Below are positions 58,722 through 64,000 of a DNA stretch of 64,000 nt, one piece after another. The position numbers were made by a program, and so were the translations under genes. Position 1 is the first letter of the stretch. The number at the start of each line of letters is the position of its first letter. The notes beneath the pieces are model-generated. The model ran no database searches, was not told the origin of the DNA, and worked only from the letters and a program-made list of their open reading frames with translations. Location: sequence record OK254198.1. One strand, given 5' to 3'. Source of the stretch: Escherichia phage PSD2001.

Positions 58722-60005
58722 ATGCAAAAGATTAACGCACTAATTCACGAATCAACATTAACGGCGGCCAACCAGGTCGCCCGTCCTAATTTACTTTCTT
58801 ATACTCAGGCTACGAATAAACGAATTTTTAAAGCGCTCGTGGCTGAACAGAAAACTACCCAGCCTGTTGCTGCGTTGTATGGTGTTCGTGTTCTGAACCC
58901 AGATGATAAAATGACTTATCTTGGCGGAGCAACATTTGCAGGTCAGATTGGTATGTTCGAGCGTAAGAATATCCCAGAATTTACGAACAAAGACGAAGAT
59001 TATGCAGTCGGTGATATGTTCCAGTTTGAAAGTGTTGTGTTCAAAGTTTTGGAAGCATCACCATTCGCCGGGACTCTCGAAACTGATTTGGGTGAAGTTA
59101 TTTCTGAAGCCATTGCGGCTGGCCATATAAGAATGATGTCAGATGCAGCTTTCACTGATAAATTTGAAAAAGGTCATCCTGAAATTGCTGAAGCTGGTTT
59201 TCGTATTGATAAATGGCAGACTGAAGTTAAATCCAGAAAGCTGAAAACTTCTTTAACTGTTGAGCTTGCTCAAGACCTGGAAGCAAACGGTTTCGATGCA
59301 ACAGACTTCATCGATAATATTCTCGGCATTCAAATGGCAGAGGAAATTAATAAGGATGTACTGCAATCCCTTATTACTGTCAGTTCTCGCTTCAAGGTGC
59401 AAGGTGTTTCTGAAAAAGGTGTATTGAATCTAACTGACCCGAAATATGATAATGCTCAGGACCGTGCGCGAACCCTGTATTATTATATGTGTGAAATGAA
59501 CTCTGCAGTTCAACGTCAGACTTCGTTTGCTGGCACATATGCAGTCGCTTCTTCCCGTTGTGCAGCTATTTTAGCAGCTTCTGGTTGGGTTGAGAAAAAG
59601 GAAGACCAGGATGAATTAGCCTATGGCGTTCTGAAGAACGGTTTACCACTTTATGCAGATATGAATAGTCCATGTGATTATGTTATTGTCGGTGTAAATG
59701 CTGATATGGGTGAAGGTCAGACGGTCGCATCTTTGTATTATGCGCCTTATACGGAAGGTCTTAGCGAAGTTGATGATGAGGGTGATACCTCGGTCGGGGA
59801 ATTCAAGGTTATTGTTGACCCTGAAAGCTTGCAGCCTACTGTTGCGCTATTAGCTCGTTATGCATTGACAGCGAACCCTTATACGGTTGCGAAAGATGAT
59901 AAAGAAGCTCGCATTATTGATGGTGCTGATATGGATAAGATGGCTAACCAAAGCCAATTGAGTTCTTATCTTGGTGTTAAACTTCCACCACTGGAAAAAG
60001 AATAA
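58722..60005 (+). CDS. Capsid vertex protein gp24 paralog (tandem duplicate)
   Basis: 427 aa; colinear with upstream gp24 but diverged; starts 1 nt after its stop. Confidence 0.9.
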   Translation: MQKINALIHESTLTAANQVARPNLLSYTQATNKRIFKALVAEQKTTQPVAALYGVRVLNPDDKMTYLGGATFAGQIGMFERKNIPEFTNKDEDYAVGDMFQFESVVFKVLEASPFAGTLETDLGEVISEAIAAGHIRMMSDAAFTDKFEKGHPEIAEAGFRIDKWQTEVKSRKLKTSLTVELAQDLEANGFDATDFIDNILGIQMAEEINKDVLQSLITVSSRFKVQGVSEKGVLNLTDPKYDNAQDRARTLYYYMCEMNSAVQRQTSFAGTYAVASSRCAAILAASGWVEKKEDQDELAYGVLKNGLPLYADMNSPCDYVIVGVNADMGEGQTVASLYYAPYTEGLSEVDDEGDTSVGEFKVIVDPESLQPTVALLARYALTANPYTVAKDDKEARIIDGADMDKMANQSQLSSYLGVKLPPLEKE

Positions 60006-60027
60006 GGGCCTTGCGGCCCTTTTTTTT
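60006..60027 (+). terminator. Intrinsic terminator after second gene 24
   Basis: GGGCCTTGCGGCCC hairpin + TTTTTTTT. Confidence 0.8.
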
Positions 60028-61033
60028 ATTCACTAACTAATGCAATCCAAACGTGTCTTAATGTTTCTCTTACATTTGCGATGAGTTGCTTTTTAACTTC
60101 AACAGGATTTTCCGCCAGGGTCAATTCAAGGCCTTCGCGCCCGGCTTCTTCCAGAATATCTTGAACTGTTAGCCCCATTACCTTTCCAAAATCCTTCGGT
60201 GTTACTTCCCCAATTTTACTGATAACATTGTTGATACGGTTAACAGTCACATAATCAGTGAAATTCCACAGTAAATCCATATCATTTTGGCTCAGAACCA
60301 CTGCAGCCTTAATAGGCTTATCAGACTTTTTCTTTTCACTGAATTTAGAGTTCTTACATTTAATCGCTACACGCTCGCCGTTAGGTAACCATGCAGGAAC
60401 ATCAGGTTTTAATACAAATCCTTCAGCAGTGAATACTTTACCTTCCACCTTTGCATCAAAATCAGTGGTATTTGCTGTAGTCAATCCTGCGTTATCCACT
60501 GTAAAATTGTAATCAGGGACCACAGAATCCAGGTCATTAGGTAGCTTAATTAATTCTTCAAAACTACCTGTAGCCAGGCGCGGGGCAACTTTAAACTTAT
60601 GAATAATACAAAAGGCTTCCATAAGTGTGTCAGTCAGGACGGATTCAGAGCCATCTTCCTTAGTAACGCGGATATCAAACACATAGAAATCTTTATCGCC
60701 GTAATTCACATTCTTCTGAATACCTGTACCAGCAAACTCACCATAAATCTGATATGCCTGATAATTAATATCCTGCAAAAGTTTCTGCACAGATTTAATA
60801 GAATCTGCATAGTTCTTTAATACAATTTCATAACCATAGAAATCTTCTGCAGGTAGGATAGGTCCAGTGCGTTTCGCACATGTCACATTGTCTTGTTCAA
60901 TGATTAATGAAAAGTTGGTACCATGAATCTTCTCGCGAGCTACCCATTCACCGCTGGTGAAGCCTTGCAGGCGAATCTTTTCAATGAACTTGTTGTTATA
61001 GTGATTTTCAAGGCTGTTGTATTTCTTAAACAT
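60026..61033 (-). CDS. rnlB: RNA ligase 2
   Basis: 335 aa; '[19 protein letters not shown]...[12 protein letters not shown]' incl. ligase motif I K-x-H-G. Confidence 0.95.
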   Translation of the reverse strand: MFKKYNSLENHYNNKFIEKIRLQGFTSGEWVAREKIHGTNFSLIIEQDNVTCAKRTGPILPAEDFYGYEIVLKNYADSIKSVQKLLQDINYQAYQIYGEFAGTGIQKNVNYGDKDFYVFDIRVTKEDGSESVLTDTLMEAFCIIHKFKVAPRLATGSFEELIKLPNDLDSVVPDYNFTVDNAGLTTANTTDFDAKVEGKVFTAEGFVLKPDVPAWLPNGERVAIKCKNSKFSEKKKSDKPIKAAVVLSQNDMDLLWNFTDYVTVNRINNVISKIGEVTPKDFGKVMGLTVQDILEEAGREGLELTLAENPVEVKKQLIANVRETLRHVWIALVSE

Positions 61034-61163
61034 AATCTCTCACTTTTGATGTTATAAATATCATTATAAATTAGACCCACTATACTTTCTTTCTTTGAAA
61101 GGAATTAATAGTCGCAAAGGGGTCTAGAACCATTATACCACAATTTTATTTGAAGCAAAAAGG

Positions 61164-61427
61164 TCAGAATTTTACATACAATGTTGGCTTGTTTTCTTGC
61201 CAGTCATAATTCCAGGTAAATGATGTAAATTTTTCTGCTCGCAGAAATTCAGATATCTTTGCGCGGTTTCCTTCTTCATACTCTTTTTCAGAAACTGCCA
61301 TATTAACAGCATCTTTGCCATTTTCAGCGGCGGCAATAGCCACTTTGCGAAATATAGCAATAAAGTCATTTGCAACTTTATCTTGTGACTCTTTGGCTAT
61401 TTGGCGTAGTTCTTCTGCAAATGTCAT
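61164..61427 (-). CDS. Hypothetical protein (position of T4 24.2)
   Basis: 87 aa ORF. Confidence 0.5.
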   Translation of the reverse strand: MTFAEELRQIAKESQDKVANDFIAIFRKVAIAAAENGKDAVNMAVSEKEYEEGNRAKISEFLRAEKFTSFTWNYDWQENKPTLYVKF

Positions 61428-61627
61428 TTCTTCACCTTTTTGTTATTCAAACGTTTACGATAAACAATCTTTTCTTTCGCTTTAAATTTAGCTTTGGCTT
61501 GTTCTACATCAACCCAGGCTTTTGCCATCTCTTTAGCAGTCCCGCCTAATACCTTGGCGATTTCAATAAATGTCATACCAGATTCATGCAGAAAATGTAC
61601 TTTAACCTTATCCATAATGATTCTCAT
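61424..61627 (-). CDS. Hypothetical small basic protein with HTH-like segment (position of T4 24.3)
   Basis: 67 aa; 'MTFIEIAKVLGGTAKEMAKAW'. Confidence 0.5.
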   Translation of the reverse strand: MRIIMDKVKVHFLHESGMTFIEIAKVLGGTAKEMAKAWVDVEQAKAKFKAKEKIVYRKRLNNKKVKK

Positions 61628-61644
61628 GTTGAGTTAGTGAAGCT

Positions 61645-61674
61645 ATCTTAACATGGAATTTTTAACTTGTAAAC
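61645..61674 (-). promoter_or_regulatory. T4-type early promoter (-35 GTTTACA, -10 TAAGAT)
   Basis: 17-nt spacing, ~20 nt upstream of the 61627 start. Confidence 0.5.
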
Positions 61675-61772
61675 AGGAGTTTTATGCCAGATGGACAATT
61701 GTTATGGTATGACCACAAAGACTCACTGGAGAAAGGGCCCAAGACAACGTTTGCTCAGTACCATAAAAACAA

Positions 61773-61799
61773 AGGGACCCGAAGGTCCCTTTTTAATTA
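61773..61799. terminator. Bidirectional intrinsic terminator downstream of hoc
   Basis: AGGGACC-CGAA-GGTCCCT hairpin flanked by A-run and T-run. Confidence 0.8.
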
Positions 61800-62930
61800 A
61801 TAAACGTAATCGTATATAATACCAGCTTCTAAAGCGGTGCGATGAATAATTCGACCATTACGAGATTCTTGTACATCAACCTCTGGATAGTCGGTAATCA
61901 TTTTTTGAAGGGTATATCGGTGCAAATAATACGGGCTATCTGGAGCATCAGTTTTCCAGTCTTGTCCAGCAAGAGTCATTTTCTGAATTTCGTCCATAAC
62001 CCACCAACCACACCAGATATAAGCTGAATTACGAACTGGCAGCGGATGAACGTAAGGTAATTCGCCATCTGGAACAGGTGCTACTTTAGCTGTGATAGTT
62101 ACATTACCAGTTTTTGTGACAGTCGCCGGGTTATAATCTGTAGCAGATACAACAACAGAAACTTCAATTACCTGTGAACCTTCAGCGCTTGTATCGATTG
62201 CTAGAGTATCCGTGGTGCCAACTACAGGAGAACCGTCTTTCTTCCAAGAATAGGCAAAAGTAGCTCCACTCGGTGCGCCAACTACATCTGCTTTAAATGA
62301 AGCTAGGGTGTCTTCCGGAACATTAATCGAAGCTGGGGTTAATGTCACAGAAACACCTGTCATAGTTTTCTTAACAAAAGTTACCGCAGCTCCTTTAGTT
62401 GCGGTGCCATTATTATAATCGGGTGCAGAAACAGTAACTTCACAGTTCAATGTATAATTTGCTTCTGCTGATTCGGTAACAGTAATAGTTTTACCGGTTT
62501 GACCTGGGATTACGCTAGTGTTACGTTTCCAAACATAAGCGATTGTTGCACCAGAAGGAGCGCCTGTCACGTTAGCAGTAACAACTTGAGATTGCCCCAC
62601 TTCTTTAGTAACAGAGGCCGGGTCTAAAGTCAATGTAATAGCAGGCATTGTTTTATTCTGGATAGTTAAAGTTGTCTCAGCTTCAGCTGTTTCTGGTTCG
62701 CCGTCCGCTGGTGTAGTTGTTGCAACAACTTTAATAGTCTTACTGCCTGCTGGACCAACAGCAATATAATCCATTGCAGCAGTCACAGAAGATTGAGGAA
62801 CGCCATCAACGGTCCAGACAAATGATTCGGTACCTTCAGCTGCAGCACCAGAACCGGTCGCAGTGAAATTGGTTGTTGCTCCAATAACGGCCGTAGCCGC
62901 CAAAGGAGCAATAGTTACGGTATAAGCCAT
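61797..62930 (-). CDS. hoc: Highly immunogenic outer capsid protein Hoc
   Basis: 377 aa; Ig-like repeats; C-terminal capsid-binding 'ELPYVHPLP...YIWCGWWVMDEIQKMT...YYLHRYTLQKM' as in T4 Hoc. Confidence 0.9.
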   Translation of the reverse strand: MAYTVTIAPLAATAVIGATTNFTATGSGAAAEGTESFVWTVDGVPQSSVTAAMDYIAVGPAGSKTIKVVATTTPADGEPETAEAETTLTIQNKTMPAITLTLDPASVTKEVGQSQVVTANVTGAPSGATIAYVWKRNTSVIPGQTGKTITVTESAEANYTLNCEVTVSAPDYNNGTATKGAAVTFVKKTMTGVSVTLTPASINVPEDTLASFKADVVGAPSGATFAYSWKKDGSPVVGTTDTLAIDTSAEGSQVIEVSVVVSATDYNPATVTKTGNVTITAKVAPVPDGELPYVHPLPVRNSAYIWCGWWVMDEIQKMTLAGQDWKTDAPDSPYYLHRYTLQKMITDYPEVDVQESRNGRIIHRTALEAGIIYDYVY

Positions 62931-62939
62931 AATAAACCC

Positions 62940-63605
62940 TTATTTTAAAGTGACAAAAGATGAGTTACGAGTTTCTCGTACTAGAACAGACCCATTACGA
63001 TTGATGTAATAAATCAAACTGAATAGGGTTTGATGCGCGGTAGGATGTGGGAAAGCAGTTGGACGTTCTTTCCAATCTGGAGTCTCGGCAATCCACTGAT
63101 AAATCCACCATGGAACAGTACAGAATCCAGGGTTCTTACCAATAAGCATTAAATTAGGGCTAAAGTTTTTTGGCAAAGTAAATACAGGTTTTTCAGATTC
63201 GATAACCTTAGCAACAGCTGCTTCGAACTTTTCTTCGACAAAAGGAACATCTTCTTCAACCACAACAACTGGTTCTTCGATTTCTACAACTTCAACCTTT
63301 GCTTCGGTTGGAGCATCAAATAATAGTTTGGCTTCTTCTTTAGCAGACTCATCGCCATCAAATTTAGCACCTGACAATTCATCATCGGCATCGATAAGGT
63401 CAGTGATGCTCAGGCCTTCATTATCATCAGGCATAGGCATGTCAGCAAATGCTTTAAGTCCTGCTTCCAGGTCAGCCAACATATTATCAAAGGTTTTTGT
63501 TTTCTTAACATCAACACCAAGTGATGCTGCATATTCGGCTAATTTTTCTTTGGCTTCTTTTTTCTCGAGGACACGAATTTCCTCAATATAGTTCTTGTCA
63601 ATCAT
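62940..63605 (-). CDS. inh: Inh-like protein (prohead protease inhibitor) by position
   Basis: 221 aa acidic ORF immediately after hoc as in T4; sequence not verified. Confidence 0.55.
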   Translation of the reverse strand: MIDKNYIEEIRVLEKKEAKEKLAEYAASLGVDVKKTKTFDNMLADLEAGLKAFADMPMPDDNEGLSITDLIDADDELSGAKFDGDESAKEEAKLLFDAPTEAKVEVVEIEEPVVVVEEDVPFVEEKFEAAVAKVIESEKPVFTLPKNFSPNLMLIGKNPGFCTVPWWIYQWIAETPDWKERPTAFPHPTAHQTLFSLIYYINRNGSVLVRETRNSSFVTLK

Positions 63606-63623
63606 GATGAACCTCGGTTAGTG

Positions 63624-63631
63624 TATAAATA
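63624..63631 (+). promoter_or_regulatory. Late promoter TATAAATA (uvsW)
   Basis: Exact consensus 19 nt upstream of ATG at 63650. Confidence 0.65.
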
Positions 63632-63649
63632 TAGATATATTTATTACCT

Positions 63650-64000
63650 TGGAATCATCATGGATATTAAAATCAACTTTCTAAATTTTAGTCACGTGCA
63701 TGTTGAATGTGAAGATGGAATCTTCTACGAACTCCGTGATTACTTCAGCTTCGAAGCTGAAAACTATCGCTTCAATCCAAAGTTCAAGCAGGGAGTTTGG
63801 GACGGACGAATCCGCCTCCTGGATTACAATCGTAAATTACCATACGGTTTGGTTAATCAAATTAAAAAGTTCGCTGACCAGTTTGGTTATTCATTCTGGA
63901 TTGACCCGCAAATCACCGAGAAAGAAGAAATCTCTCGCGAAGAATTCGACAAATGGGTCGAGTCAAAAGAAATCTATTCAGGCAATACCAAGATAACGCC
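63650..64000 (+). CDS. uvsW: UvsW helicase, N-terminal fragment (truncated by window end)
   Basis: 'MDIKINFLNFSHVHVECEDGIFYELRDYFSFEAENYRFNPKFKQGVWDGRIRLLDYNR' matches T4 UvsW N-terminus as recalled; absent from ORF track because it runs off the window. Confidence 0.85.

Noticed and set aside
61684-61790. Short plus-strand ORF (about 35 aa, MPDGQLLWYDHKD...) in the hoc-downstream intergenic region
   Set aside because: Below size threshold, no SD, overlaps the bidirectional terminator hairpin; probably non-coding.

Overview
This window is a segment of a T4-like (Tevenvirinae) myophage genome; all calls are from reading the sequence and ORF track against recalled T4 proteins, with no database search run. 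Coordinates 1-27400 are a minus-strand early/accessory region syntenic with T4 rI - tk - regB - denV - e - nudE - tRNA cluster - 57B - 57A - 1 - 3 - 2 - 4. Coordinates 27400-57000 are the plus-strand late morphogenesis block 53-5-5.4-6-7-8-9-10-11-12-wac-13-14-15-16-17-18-19-20-67-68-21-22-23, followed by two tandem gene-24 paralogs, rnlB, hoc, inh and the 5' end of uvsW. Late genes carry TATAAATA late promoters and hairpin/T-run terminators. The accessory region is punctuated by at least 14 copies of a repeated early-promoter cassette in which an inverted repeat brackets the -10 box (PeSS-like, as described for RB49-type phages). Two free-standing GIY-YIG homing endonuclease genes flank the divergent 4/53 pair, and a Vsr-like nuclease gene with NUMOD3 motifs sits between two tRNAs. 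The most interesting content is (i) seven ORFs carrying the T4 internal-protein capsid-targeting N-terminus (MKTYQEFI.E) with unrelated mature regions, at the ipII/ipIII and ipI positions, (ii) a tandem array of four acidic paralogs ending in W-x-S-S-x-x-C, (iii) a family of small two-TM membrane proteins with a shared C-terminal tail, and (iv) candidate counter-defence enzymes: a 57B/Acb1-like 2H phosphoesterase, a macro-domain protein, nucleotidyltransferase-fold proteins, a secreted lytic transglycosylase and a TraR/DksA zinc finger. No CRISPR array or rRNA was seen.
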